DNA of 64,000 nt. Source: Terriglobia bacterium. Lineage in GTDB: Bacteria; Acidobacteriota; Terriglobia; Terriglobales; Acidobacteriaceae. The notes below the pieces were generated by a model. That model saw only the letters and a list, made by a program, of their open reading frames with translations, ran no database searches and was not told where the DNA came from. The DNA lies in assembly GCA_020073645.1 (NCBI GenBank), contig JAIQET010000020.1, positions 457 through 64,456 of the forward strand, in the 5' to 3' direction. This document shows, piece after piece, positions 42,346 to 51,317 of the stretch (positions within the stretch are counted from its first letter, which is position 1; the number at the start of each line of letters is the position of its first letter). The position numbers and the translations under genes are program-made.

Positions 42346-43014
42346 ACTCTGCACTGTCGCCGCGTACTGTATCGGATCCACCGCTCCCGCTTCGCGGAAC
42401 GCCCGCAACCGTAGTACACAACTGTCACACACGCCACAAGCGCGGTCCTCCCGGCTGTAGCATGACCACGTTAAATCGAAGGGAGCACCCAATTCAAGGC
42501 CAAGCGTCACAATCTCCGCCTTGCGCATGGCGATCAGCGGCGTGACGATTTCAATCCGCCCTTCCTTCGTGCCCGCGCGAACTACCTCGTTGAACGCCCG
42601 ATAGTAAGCCGGACGACAATCAGGATAGCCCGAACTGTCCGGTTCGACTGCCCCGATGTACACCTTCTCTGCACCCAGCACCTCGGCCCAACTCACCGCG
42701 ACGGCCAGAAAATGTGCGTTACGGAAAGGCACGTAGGTGACCGGGATGCCGTGTCCAATCGCTGCCGACCCCGGCACGGGTATGTTCGCATCGGTGAGCG
42801 CCGAGCCACCAATTGCCCCCAAACTGTCGTTACGTACCAGCAGCCGGTCGCGGATACCCAGGCGGTCGCAGATACTCAGGAACGCCCGCCGCTCGCGCGA
42901 CTCTGTCCGCTGTCCGTAGCTCACGTGCACTGCGGCTGCATCGTAGTCCCGCGCCGCCAGTGCGGCACACACACACGAGTCCATCCCGCCACTGAGCAGA
43001 ACCACCGCGCGCAT
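42340..43014 (-). CDS. queC: 7-cyano-7-deazaguanine synthase QueC
   Basis: [12 protein letters not shown]-loop and C-terminal zinc cysteines ([10 protein letters not shown]). The start is 43014 or 43029. Confidence 0.93.
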   Translation of the reverse strand: MRAVVLLSGGMDSCVCAALAARDYDAAAVHVSYGQRTESRERRAFLSICDRLGIRDRLLVRNDSLGAIGGSALTDANIPVPGSAAIGHGIPVTYVPFRNAHFLAVAVSWAEVLGAEKVYIGAVEPDSSGYPDCRPAYYRAFNEVVRAGTKEGRIEIVTPLIAMRKAEIVTLGLELGAPFDLTWSCYSREDRACGVCDSCVLRLRAFREAGAVDPIQYAATVQSC

Positions 43015-43077
43015 CTGGGCCACTCCCATTCGATTAGATGACCTTCGAGACTGAATTGCCGTCCGAGCAGGGAAATT

Positions 43078-43134
43078 GTTGATTGTTGATTTCAAAGTCC
43101 CCTAGATCCGACCGTTTTCCAATCAACAATCAAC
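43078..43134. repeat. heptamer-word hairpin (TTGATTG family), 14-15-bp stem with 29-nt loop
   Basis: GTTGATTGTTGATT pairs with AATCAACAATCAAC. It lies in the queE-queC spacer. Confidence 0.85.
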
Positions 43135-43154
43135 ACTCAAAAATCAACAATTCT

Positions 43155-43838
43155 TTAGACTCCCTTCATCGCCGGGTCCCAAATGAATTTGTGGATTTGC
43201 AGGCCCAGCCGTGCGCGGACATTGTCGGCCAGCATCCACTCCGCCAGCTCCCGGGGATCAAGCAGGCAGTGGGACGTGTCGCGCGCGCCGGTCGCGTCCT
43301 TGCTGAATGCGGGGGAGAACAACACGGCGTTGACCCGGGCCGCCAGGTTGTGGCGGGCCACAAAATCGCGCGCGAACTCGTAATCCGCGCGGTCGCTCAG
43401 CACGAACTTCACCTCATCCTGCGAGTTCAGGGTCTCGAGATTTTCCATGTCAAAGCTATCGGGCTCGCCCGAGTTGGGACACTTTACATCCACGATCTTG
43501 ACCACGCCCTTGGGCACGTGAGCCAGCGGACGTTCGCCGCTGGTTTCCAGCAGCACCGTATAGCCAGCATCCAGCAACCGCTGTGCCAGGGGAACCACTT
43601 CCCGCTCCTGCAGCATGGGCTCGCCTCCGGTAATCTCCACTAGTCCGCCACCCGGGCTTAGTTGCTCTACCTCCTCCACCACCTCTTCCAGGTCCATCCG
43701 GTGACCGCCGAAGAAGGTGTACTCGCTGTCACACCATGAGCAGCGCAGGTTGCAGCCCGTCAGCCGCACGAACACACACGGCAGCCCGGCGTGGGTGGAC
43801 TCCCCCTGGATCGACTTGTAGATCTCGGTGATCTGCAT
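43155..43838 (-). CDS. queE: 7-carboxy-7-deazaguanine synthase QueE (radical SAM)
   Basis: MQITEIYKSIQGEST...GCNLRCSWCDSEY (CxxxCxxC). Confidence 0.93.
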   Translation of the reverse strand: MQITEIYKSIQGESTHAGLPCVFVRLTGCNLRCSWCDSEYTFFGGHRMDLEEVVEEVEQLSPGGGLVEITGGEPMLQEREVVPLAQRLLDAGYTVLLETSGERPLAHVPKGVVKIVDVKCPNSGEPDSFDMENLETLNSQDEVKFVLSDRADYEFARDFVARHNLAARVNAVLFSPAFSKDATGARDTSHCLLDPRELAEWMLADNVRARLGLQIHKFIWDPAMKGV

Positions 43839-43860
43839 GGGACCGGCTTTTGACAAATTG

Positions 43861-43938
43861 GATCATTGAATCATCGGATCATTGAGTCATTGAGGAGCTC
43901 AGCGGGGAATGATTCAATGACGCAATCACTCAATGATG
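43861..43938. repeat. imperfect long hairpin of CATTGA-type words in the queD-queE spacer
   Basis: 32-nt arms at 43861-43892 and 43907-43938 are about 24/31 complementary. The loop contains GAGCTC. Confidence 0.65.
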
Positions 43939-43951
43939 CAATTCCATGACG

Positions 43952-44329
43952 CTACTCGCTGTACGTGGCCGTGGTCGTGTCGGTCTCAAACACGGTCACG
44001 TTCTTCACCCGCACCCGTCCGCTGGTCACGCGGTCGAGCTTGACGTTGGTCTCGTCATAGAAGTACTTGGCCAGGTTTTCGGCGGAAGGATTGACCAGCG
44101 TAAAAGGCTCCAGATCATTGATCATCTGATGATCGAGGCGGTCGATGACGTGTTTCATGACCTCACGCAGGTCTTTGAAGTCGAGCAGCAGCCCCGCCTT
44201 GTCCAGTTCCTTGCCGGCCAGGGTCACCCGCACCTTGTAGTTGTGTCCGTGCGGGTTCTCGCACTTGCCCTTGTAATTGCGCAGATAATGCCCTGCGGCA
44301 AAGCAATCTTCCACAGTGACTTCGAACAT
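43952..44329 (-). CDS. queD: 6-carboxy-5,6,7,8-tetrahydropterin synthase QueD
   Basis: CENPHGHNYKV zinc-binding motif. About 125 aa when the start is taken at MFEVTVE. Confidence 0.9.
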   Translation of the reverse strand: MFEVTVEDCFAAGHYLRNYKGKCENPHGHNYKVRVTLAGKELDKAGLLLDFKDLREVMKHVIDRLDHQMINDLEPFTLVNPSAENLAKYFYDETNVKLDRVTSGRVRVKNVTVFETDTTTATYSE

Positions 44330-44531
44330 GAACCCTCTCGGCGGCCCCGCATGAATACAGGCCAAGCCGCGCCTTCGAGTCTAACCGATTATTCTACCCT
44401 TACGGACGGCCAAGGGGGTGCAAACCGGCGCGGCCTCATGTAACTTGATTCCGTGAACGTGCGGGGACGGACAGCGATTCCGCGATCGGTTTTGCTGGGG
44501 CTGGAAGCCGAGCGCCGCGCGGCACAAGAGT

Positions 44532-45242
44532 ATGGATATCGCCCGCCAGGTGCAGAGCAAGCTCCTACCCCAGAAATTTCCCCCACTGGCCACGCTGGAG
44601 TACGCGGGCGACTGCCTGCAGGCCCGCGCGGTGGGTGGCGACTACTACGATTTTCTCGACCTAGGGGCCGGCCGCGTAGGCTTCGTTTTGGCCGACATTG
44701 CGGGCAAAGGCATGTCGGCGGCGCTGCTCATGGCCAACCTGCAGGCCAATCTGCGCAGCCAGTACGTCATCGCCTTGGACAACCTGCCGCAGCTCTTGCA
44801 GTCAGTGAACCGGCTGTTCTACGAGTCCACCGAGCCCAACAACTATGCGACCCTGTTCTTCGCCACTTACGACGATGCGGCGCGGCGGTTGACCTATGTC
44901 AACTGCGGGCACAACCCACCGGTGCTGCTGCGGCGGGATGGGAGTATCGAGCGTTTGACGGGAACGGCCACGGTGCTGGGGCTGTTTGAAAAGTGGGAGT
45001 GCTCCGCGGCCAACGTGCAGCTCAATGCGGGCGATTTGCTCGTGATCTATACCGACGGCATCACCGAAGCCATGGACGCCCGGAATAACGAATTCGGCGA
45101 AACCCGCCTGCTGGAGACCCTGCGGACCAACCGCGGTTTGGAGCCTGCGTCATTGCTGAGCGTCCTGGTGGAAGCGGTGCAACGCTTCAGCGCTGGCGAG
45201 CAGAGTGATGATTTGACGCTGGTGGTCGCGAAGGGACGGTAG
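44532..45242 (+). CDS. stand-alone PP2C/SpoIIE-family serine phosphatase domain protein
   Basis: IARQVQSKLLP, GGDYYDF, LADIAGKGMSAAL and YTDGITEA motifs. There is no sensor domain. Confidence 0.85.
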   Translation: MDIARQVQSKLLPQKFPPLATLEYAGDCLQARAVGGDYYDFLDLGAGRVGFVLADIAGKGMSAALLMANLQANLRSQYVIALDNLPQLLQSVNRLFYESTEPNNYATLFFATYDDAARRLTYVNCGHNPPVLLRRDGSIERLTGTATVLGLFEKWECSAANVQLNAGDLLVIYTDGITEAMDARNNEFGETRLLETLRTNRGLEPASLLSVLVEAVQRFSAGEQSDDLTLVVAKGR

Positions 45243-45248
45243 GCGCGT

Positions 45249-45767
45249 TTACTGGAGGGCAAGCTCCAGAGTTCTGACGTCAAGAAACATAGGCTGGGTC
45301 CCTCCGGGCGAAGTCTCTCCTATCGGCATGAAACCGTATTTCTCATACCACTTCACAGCCGTGGGATAGGCATCCACAATCAGGTAGCGACAACCAATCT
45401 GCTTCGACAAACTCAGCACATTCTCAAGAGCGTGTCGCAGCAGTTCCTTTCCGAGCCCGGATCCTTGGAATCGCAGATCCACAGCCAAACGTGCGAGCAA
45501 GGCTACCGGCAAATTCTGATATCGTGGCAGGTCCTTGGTCAGTTCACCGGGAAGCGCGTGGCGTGGGATCGAACTGGTGGCGAGAGTGTAGTATCCGATG
45601 ACAAGCTTTGGATGGCTCTGGTCAGCGGCTACGTAGGTGACTCCCACCAGATTCTGCTGCTGATTGGCCCAGGCGTGCCGCTTGAGGTAGTCGTTCAATC
45701 GGTGATCGCCACAATCAAAGGTCTTGAGACCGTCATTCTGTTCAAGACGCCTGATTAGGATTGGCAC
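45249..45767 (-). CDS. GNAT-family acetyltransferase of the TacT/KacT-like toxin type
   Basis: FDCGDHRLNDYLKRHA...YYTLATSSI...LPRYQNLPVALLARLAVDLRFQGSGLGKELL...DAYPTAVKWYEKYGF. GTG start with GGAG 9 nt upstream. Local GC content is lower than in the flanks. Confidence 0.75.
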   Translation of the reverse strand: MPILIRRLEQNDGLKTFDCGDHRLNDYLKRHAWANQQQNLVGVTYVAADQSHPKLVIGYYTLATSSIPRHALPGELTKDLPRYQNLPVALLARLAVDLRFQGSGLGKELLRHALENVLSLSKQIGCRYLIVDAYPTAVKWYEKYGFMPIGETSPGGTQPMFLDVRTLELALQ

Positions 45768-45938
45768 GCTGAGGCTCCTGCCTGCAAGGTAGCGGGTAAT
45801 TATACGCGTTCAGTGCAGTAGCCATCCAATAAGAGTCCATATTCGGTACATTATCAGTATACTCATATGGTAATTAGTGTCCCAATGTGGTACAGTGTGT
45901 CAGGGAAGGGGCAGGTTCCTCGACCATTAGGTTGGGAT

Positions 45939-46331
45939 ATGCAGACTTCGAACAAAACACGAGCCAGAAAGATTCGCGTTCAAACCAAGTTCCAAGCCGA
46001 TCTTGCGCCGAGCGACGCAAGCACGTTGCAACGCCTCAAGCAGGAATTGGAAGTCCGCAGCAACGCTGATTTTTTGGCAGAAGCGGTGGCCTTGATCCGG
46101 TGGGCAGTCTCCGAGCGGAGCCGCGGATGCGCCATCGTCAGCGAAAGCGCCAGCGGCGAAAAGCGGGTCTTGGTTTCACCCCGCTTGGAGCGCGTCGCTC
46201 CGGAGCAGCTGCTTCCTCACGTGGAAATCAACTGGAGCAAGGAGCAATTGGAGAGCTTCGGCCAACTCGCGTCCGGGCCACCGGCAGCACCCAAGCGTGC
46301 GCTCGTAGATTTGATGAAGCAAAAACCCTAA
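45939..46331 (+). CDS. hypothetical protein with DUF1778/RHH-antitoxin-like N- and C-terminal segments
   Basis: By eye, IRVQTKFQADL...STLQRLKQELEVRSNADFLAEAVALIRWAV and INWSKEQLESFGQLASGPPAAPKRAL resemble the TacA pattern, with an extra ~35-aa insert between them. This is a weak call. Confidence 0.4.
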   Translation: MQTSNKTRARKIRVQTKFQADLAPSDASTLQRLKQELEVRSNADFLAEAVALIRWAVSERSRGCAIVSESASGEKRVLVSPRLERVAPEQLLPHVEINWSKEQLESFGQLASGPPAAPKRALVDLMKQKP

Positions 46332-46345
46332 GCTGAGGGTGGAAC

Positions 46346-48349
46346 TTATTCCACCCCGAAGAACTCCTCCACCTGCCGCAGGTCGGTCGTTTTCCGGTAA
46401 TTCGGCAGGCTTTCCACGAACACCCGCCCATACTGCTTTTTCAGGATGCGATTGTCGAGCAGCGCCAGCAAGCCGCGATCGTGCAGTGAGCGGATGAGCC
46501 GCCCAAAGCCCTGCTTCAGCGTGATCACCGCCGCCGGCACCTGGTATTGGAAGAATGCGTTCCCACCCTCAGCGTCAATCGATTTCACCCGGGCCGCCAC
46601 CACTGGGTCGCTGGGGACGGCGAACGGCAGGCGGTCAATGATCACGCAACTGAGCTGCTCGCCCTGCACGTCCACACCCTGCCAGAACGACGCCGTGGCG
46701 AACAGTACCGCATTGGGAGTAAGGCGAAATTCTTCGAGCAGGGCGCTCTTCGGGGCATCGCCCTGCAGGAGCATGGGGAATTCGAGCTCTCCCAGCAGGC
46801 GCTGGTGGATTTCGTTCATTTGGGCGTAGCTGGTAAACAGGACGAATGCCCGGCCGCGGGTGATTTCGAGCAGCCGTCGGATGCGGTCCGCGGCCTTGGC
46901 CGCAAACTGCGGGGTGCGCGGATCAGGCAAATCCGGAGGCACATATAGCACCGCCTGGTTTTCATAGTCGAAGTGAGAAGGCAGCACCAGCTCACGCACA
47001 TGGTCGAGCCCGAGCCTTCGCCGGATGTATTCGAAGCCCCCGCCCACAGCCAGCGTGGCTGAGGTCAGCACCGCGCACTCCAGCTTGTTGAACAGGCAGG
47101 TCTTGAGAATGGGCGCGACGTCGATTGGCGTGGCTTGCAGAGAAACGTTTGTCTTATCGCGTCCGCCTCGGCGGCGTTCGATCCAGAACACGGTGTTGTG
47201 ATCTTCCGATTCCATCAAAAAGCCCAGCTGGACCTGGAGTTCCTGGGCGCGCCGGGTAAAGTTGAAAACCTCTTCCGGCTTGGACGCCAGGTTCTCGAGT
47301 TCCGAGCCCAGCCGGTGCAGCGACTGCTGCAGGGCCAGAAACTCCTCGCCGTTCTCCTCCAGGAAATCGCGCCGGTTCTCGAATGCGAACCGTCCCTCAC
47401 CCTGCGGTAACAAGGCAAAGAAAAACAGCGAACGCTCGCGCAGCGACTTGATCGCGCTCGACACCCCCACGGTGTACATGCGGTTGCGCTGCAGGGAAGA
47501 CTCCACATCGCGACAAAGGTCCTCCACCCTGGCGTTGCTGACCGAAATCCCGAAGTAGCTTCCGGCCACATCCTCCAGTTCGTGGGCTTCGTCGAAGATG
47601 ACCGCGCCGACCTCCGGAAGGATTCCGGCGTCGGGCGCATACTCGGCTTGCTGCTTGATGGCCAAGTCGGCAAAAAACAAGTGATGGTTGACGATGATGA
47701 TGTCGCTTTCCATGGCCCGGCGGTGCATCTCGGTAATGAAACACTTGTCCCAAGAGCTGCACTTCTGGCCGAGACAGGTATCAGAGCGCGCGTCCAGCTT
47801 CCACCACAGCGGGCTGCCCTCAGGCAGCGACGCCAGTTCCGCCCGGTCCCCGGTAAGTGTCGTCTTCTCCCAGGCCGCAATCGCGCGGTAGTGCTCGATT
47901 TCTTCCAGGCCGCTCAGCACCGGCTGGTCGGTGAGGTCGTAGAGCTTCTTGCGGCAGAGATAGTTGTTACGGCCCTTCATGTAGGTGACGTTCAGCTTGC
48001 CCTCGCCGTTGGGAAAAAGCGCCTGCTCAAGAAAGGGGATGTCTTTGTAGAAGAGCTGCTCCTGCAGGTTCTTGGTGCCGGTAGAAATGATCACGCGTTT
48101 GCCCGAGCGGATCACTGGAACAAGGTAGGCCAGGGTCTTGCCTGTGCCGGTGCCCGCTTCCACGATGAGGTGGCGCTTTTCTTCCAGAGCCTCTTCGACG
48201 GCCTGCGCCATCTGCAGTTGTCCACGGCGAAATTCGTAGGCGGGATGGGTACGCGAAAGCAACCCACCCGGAGCAAAAAACTGGTACAGCGAGACGTCCT
48301 TCTTGGCCGTTGGAACGCTGGAAGATGCGGGCTGGGAGGTGGAGGCCAC
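46346..48349 (-). CDS. dinG: DinG/Rad3-family ATP-dependent DNA helicase with Fe-S domain
   Basis: EAGTGTGKTLAYL (Walker A), FDEAHELED (DEAH) and a Cys cluster (CRKK...CLGQKCSSWDKCF). The start is proposed at GTG 48349, because the upstream 110 codons of the ORF are repeat sequence. Confidence 0.85.
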   Translation of the reverse strand: MASTSQPASSSVPTAKKDVSLYQFFAPGGLLSRTHPAYEFRRGQLQMAQAVEEALEEKRHLIVEAGTGTGKTLAYLVPVIRSGKRVIISTGTKNLQEQLFYKDIPFLEQALFPNGEGKLNVTYMKGRNNYLCRKKLYDLTDQPVLSGLEEIEHYRAIAAWEKTTLTGDRAELASLPEGSPLWWKLDARSDTCLGQKCSSWDKCFITEMHRRAMESDIIIVNHHLFFADLAIKQQAEYAPDAGILPEVGAVIFDEAHELEDVAGSYFGISVSNARVEDLCRDVESSLQRNRMYTVGVSSAIKSLRERSLFFFALLPQGEGRFAFENRRDFLEENGEEFLALQQSLHRLGSELENLASKPEEVFNFTRRAQELQVQLGFLMESEDHNTVFWIERRRGGRDKTNVSLQATPIDVAPILKTCLFNKLECAVLTSATLAVGGGFEYIRRRLGLDHVRELVLPSHFDYENQAVLYVPPDLPDPRTPQFAAKAADRIRRLLEITRGRAFVLFTSYAQMNEIHQRLLGELEFPMLLQGDAPKSALLEEFRLTPNAVLFATASFWQGVDVQGEQLSCVIIDRLPFAVPSDPVVAARVKSIDAEGGNAFFQYQVPAAVITLKQGFGRLIRSLHDRGLLALLDNRILKKQYGRVFVESLPNYRKTTDLRQVEEFFGVE

Positions 48350-48401
48350 GGAGTCTCTATAATAAGCTCCAGACTCACGTAGGGACAGCCGCCATGTCCG
48401 T

Positions 48402-48498
48402 GTGGGGACGGGTCCCTGACCCGTCCAGCCGCGGCGTCTTTTGCCGCGGCAAGCATTGCCGAGCTTTACTCGGCCGGGCAGACGAGGACTGTCTGCCC
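48402..48498. repeat. GC-rich tandem-hairpin REP-like element, family C copy 1, plus two further hairpins
   Basis: GGACGGGTC-CCT-GACCCGTCC, then GCCGCGGC-GTCTTTT-GCCGCGGC, closely matching 62992-63045. GCCGAG/CTCGGC and GGGCAGAC/GTCTGCCC hairpins follow. Confidence 0.8.
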
Positions 48499-48521
48499 CT
48501 ACGCAAGCCTTGGTGGGTACG

Positions 48522-49961
48522 GTGACGTTGCCTGATTTCAACTCGACGACTGCCACGGCGACCGCGACGCGGTTTCCCACCCTCGCCATTGTGGGCCGCC
48601 CCAACGTGGGCAAATCCACACTGTTCAATCGCATTGTGGGTTCGCGCCGCGCCATTGTGGGCGACGAGCCAGGCATCACCCGCGATCGCCTCTACGGTGA
48701 GGCGGAATGGCGTGGGCGCGAGCTGCGAGTTGTGGATACCGGCGGCATCATCCCGGAAGAAAAGGATCTTATTCCAGCGGAGATTTTTCGCCAGGCCAGA
48801 GTCGCGCTCGCGGAAGCCGCTGCCGTCATCATGGTGGTGGACGGTCGCACCGAACTCGCCGCCCCTGATCTAGAACTGGCACGCCTGCTGATTCGCAGCG
48901 GCAAGCCAGTTTTCCTCGCGGTGAACAAGATCGATACCGACAAGCAACAGGGGCTGGCGGACGAATTCTATCGGCTCGGCGTCCGCAAGCTCTTTCCCAT
49001 CTCGGCGGAGCACGGGCGCGGCGTGGATGATCTGCTGGACGCGGTCCTGGAGGTGCTCCCGCCGGAAGAGAAGAGAACCACTGAGGACACAGGGGACACG
49101 GAGGAAAAGGCCGAGCCCGGTGAGACCAAGGTTGCCATCATCGGGCACCCCAACGTAGGCAAGTCCACGTTGCTGAACCAGCTCACCGGAACGTCGCGCG
49201 CCATCGTCTCCCCGATCCCCGGTACCACGCGCGATGCGGTGGACGAAATTGTCGAGCACGATGGGCGGCGCTTCCGCTTCATTGATACCGCTGGAATCCG
49301 CCGCAAAGGCAAAACCCAGTTGATGGCCGAGAAGCTCTCAGTCGTGATGGCGCGCAAGCACCTCGAGGCTGCCGACATTGCCTTACTGATCATCGACGCT
49401 ACCGAGGGCGTCAGTGCGCTCGATGCCACCATCGCCGGCTACGCCCATGAGAGCGGGCGCTCGGTCATCGTCGTCGTCAATAAATGGGACTTGGTCATCA
49501 GCGGTAAGAAGCGTGCGGTGAGCCAGTCCAAGGCCGCGCGCATGCAGGAGAGCAAACGCCCCGCGGACCGGGCCGCGTATGAGCAGCGCTTACGCTATGC
49601 GCTCAAGTTCCTGAGTTATGCCCCGGTGCTGTTTGTCTCTGCCGCTACCGGCGCCGGCACCGACAAAATCTGGCCCACGCTCGAAGAGGTCGCCGCCGAG
49701 CGCCGCAAGCGGATCGGAACCGGCGAGATGAACCGGTTCCTTAAACAAGTGGATTTCGAGCGCGCTTCGGTTCCGGCCCGCCAGCAGGTCAGGATCTATT
49801 ACATGACTCAGGCTGCGGTAGCCCCACCCACGTTCATCCTCTTCACCGACCGCGCGGTGAAGCTGCACTTCTCCTACCAGCGCTTCCTGGAAAACCAGAT
49901 TCGGCGAGCGTTCGGATTTATCGGGACGCCGATCTGGATCAAGAATCGCGCGCGGGATTGA
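48522..49961 (+). CDS. der: ribosome-associated GTPase Der/EngA
   Basis: Two G domains (GRPNVGKST and GHPNVGKST) plus a KH-like C-terminus. The start is uncertain (GTG 48513, GTG 48522 or TTG 48528). Confidence 0.92.
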   Translation: MTLPDFNSTTATATATRFPTLAIVGRPNVGKSTLFNRIVGSRRAIVGDEPGITRDRLYGEAEWRGRELRVVDTGGIIPEEKDLIPAEIFRQARVALAEAAAVIMVVDGRTELAAPDLELARLLIRSGKPVFLAVNKIDTDKQQGLADEFYRLGVRKLFPISAEHGRGVDDLLDAVLEVLPPEEKRTTEDTGDTEEKAEPGETKVAIIGHPNVGKSTLLNQLTGTSRAIVSPIPGTTRDAVDEIVEHDGRRFRFIDTAGIRRKGKTQLMAEKLSVVMARKHLEAADIALLIIDATEGVSALDATIAGYAHESGRSVIVVVNKWDLVISGKKRAVSQSKAARMQESKRPADRAAYEQRLRYALKFLSYAPVLFVSAATGAGTDKIWPTLEEVAAERRKRIGTGEMNRFLKQVDFERASVPARQQVRIYYMTQAAVAPPTFILFTDRAVKLHFSYQRFLENQIRRAFGFIGTPIWIKNRARD

Positions 49962-50166
49962 CGGTAGTTTCACCACAAAGGACGGGTCCACCAGCGAAGC
50001 CGATTCAACCCCGGCGGAGGATGTTCCCAGATCCGACATTACGAAGGTCTATGCACTTGTCGTTCTTCATGGAACGACAGGGTGGTTTTCGCTAGAGTAG
50101 GAATTTGGCACGATCCGTCCGGGATTCCACCCCGGTTCGCGCCGCGTCCTCCCCCAAAGGAAGCGT

Positions 50167-51312
50167 ATGGCTGCACCGGGTATCGCCCCAATACAGGTCA
50201 CGCTGGACACCCCGTCAGTCTCGGGACCAGTTCCCACTCACGCCTTGCTCGCAGCTATGCTGCGCGCCGCCGACCAGGTAAGTGACCTGATTTTTTCGCC
50301 GGGACGGCCGCCACAGGTAGAAGTGTATGGGCAACTGATCCCGGTGCAGGCTCCGGGTTTGCGAGTGATGACCGCCGACGATACGCGGCGCATCGCCTCC
50401 GATCTGATCGGCAACAACAAGCAGGCGATCACCACTCTGCGCGAGCAGGGCTCATGCGATGTTTCCTTCGGCCTGCCGGGACTCGCTCGTTTCCGGGTGA
50501 ATGTTTTCATCCAACGGGGCAGCTGCGCCGTCGTGATGAGGGTGATCCCAACCACCATCCCCGACTTTGCCTCGCTGGGACTACCGCCGCAGTTGCGGCA
50601 GATTGCCAGCCTGCGCGATGGCATCGTGCTGATCACGGGCCCCCGCGGGTCGGGGAAGTCGTCAACACTGGCCGCGCTACTGGACTGCATCAACCAGGAG
50701 CAAACCTGCCACATCATCACCATCGAAGATCCCATCGAGTTCCTGCACAACCACAAAAATGCCACCATTCATCAGCGCGAGTTGCACAGTGACACTCCCA
50801 GCTTCGCCCTGGCACTACGCGCGGCCTTACGGCAAGCGCCCAAGGTCATCCTGCTGGGCGAAATGCGCGACCGCGAGACCATGGAGATGGTGCTGGAAGC
50901 GGCGGAGACCGGGCACCTGGTGCTCTCCAGCTTGAACACGCTGGATGCGGCCAAGACCGTCGAGCGCATCGTGGGCGCGTTCGATGGGCCGGAACGAGGC
51001 GCCATCCGCAGCCGGCTAGCCAAGGCTTTCCGCTACATCGTGTCGCAGAAGCTCATCCCTCGCGCCGACGGCTGCGGCTGCGCCGCAGTCATCGAAATCC
51101 TCAAAGTGGGTCCGCGCACCGGTCAATACATCGAGCACGACGACCATCCCGGCCAGCTTCTGCTTCAGGCGATCAAGAACGGCGCCGCCGAGGGCATGCA
51201 ACACTTCGACGCCGAGATCGAGAAGCTGGTGCGGGCGGGAATTGTGGATCTGGAGACGGCCCTGGCGTATGCCACCGATGCCCCGGGGTTGCGGCAGACC
51301 CTGGGACAATAG
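50167..51312 (+). CDS. pilT: PilT-family type IV pilus retraction ATPase
   Basis: Walker A GPRGSGKSS, the ITIEDPIEF Asp box, LLGEMRD and His box. AAGGAAG lies upstream of the ATG. Confidence 0.88.
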   Translation: MAAPGIAPIQVTLDTPSVSGPVPTHALLAAMLRAADQVSDLIFSPGRPPQVEVYGQLIPVQAPGLRVMTADDTRRIASDLIGNNKQAITTLREQGSCDVSFGLPGLARFRVNVFIQRGSCAVVMRVIPTTIPDFASLGLPPQLRQIASLRDGIVLITGPRGSGKSSTLAALLDCINQEQTCHIITIEDPIEFLHNHKNATIHQRELHSDTPSFALALRAALRQAPKVILLGEMRDRETMEMVLEAAETGHLVLSSLNTLDAAKTVERIVGAFDGPERGAIRSRLAKAFRYIVSQKLIPRADGCGCAAVIEILKVGPRTGQYIEHDDHPGQLLLQAIKNGAAEGMQHFDAEIEKLVRAGIVDLETALAYATDAPGLRQTLGQ

Positions 51313-51317
51313 AAATT

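Noticed and set aside
42266-43938. Heptamer-word tracts as a degenerate CRISPR array or a coding low-complexity peptide ([10 protein letters not shown]-type translations)
   Set aside because: The repeat units are 7 nt with no spacers, and the arms are inverted rather than direct. The tracts sit between well-defined genes. The translated peptides have no start context.
44330-44531. Possible preQ1 riboswitch upstream of queD
   Set aside because: The minus-strand leader shows no preQ1-I/II-like conserved core that I can recognise. There is only a possible -10-like TAGAAT.
48350-48679. N-terminal 110-codon extension of the dinG ORF, and the 27-codon extension of the der ORF from 48441
   Set aside because: Both extensions are translations of the family C hairpin repeat and overlap each other on opposite strands. 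The conserved protein regions start downstream.
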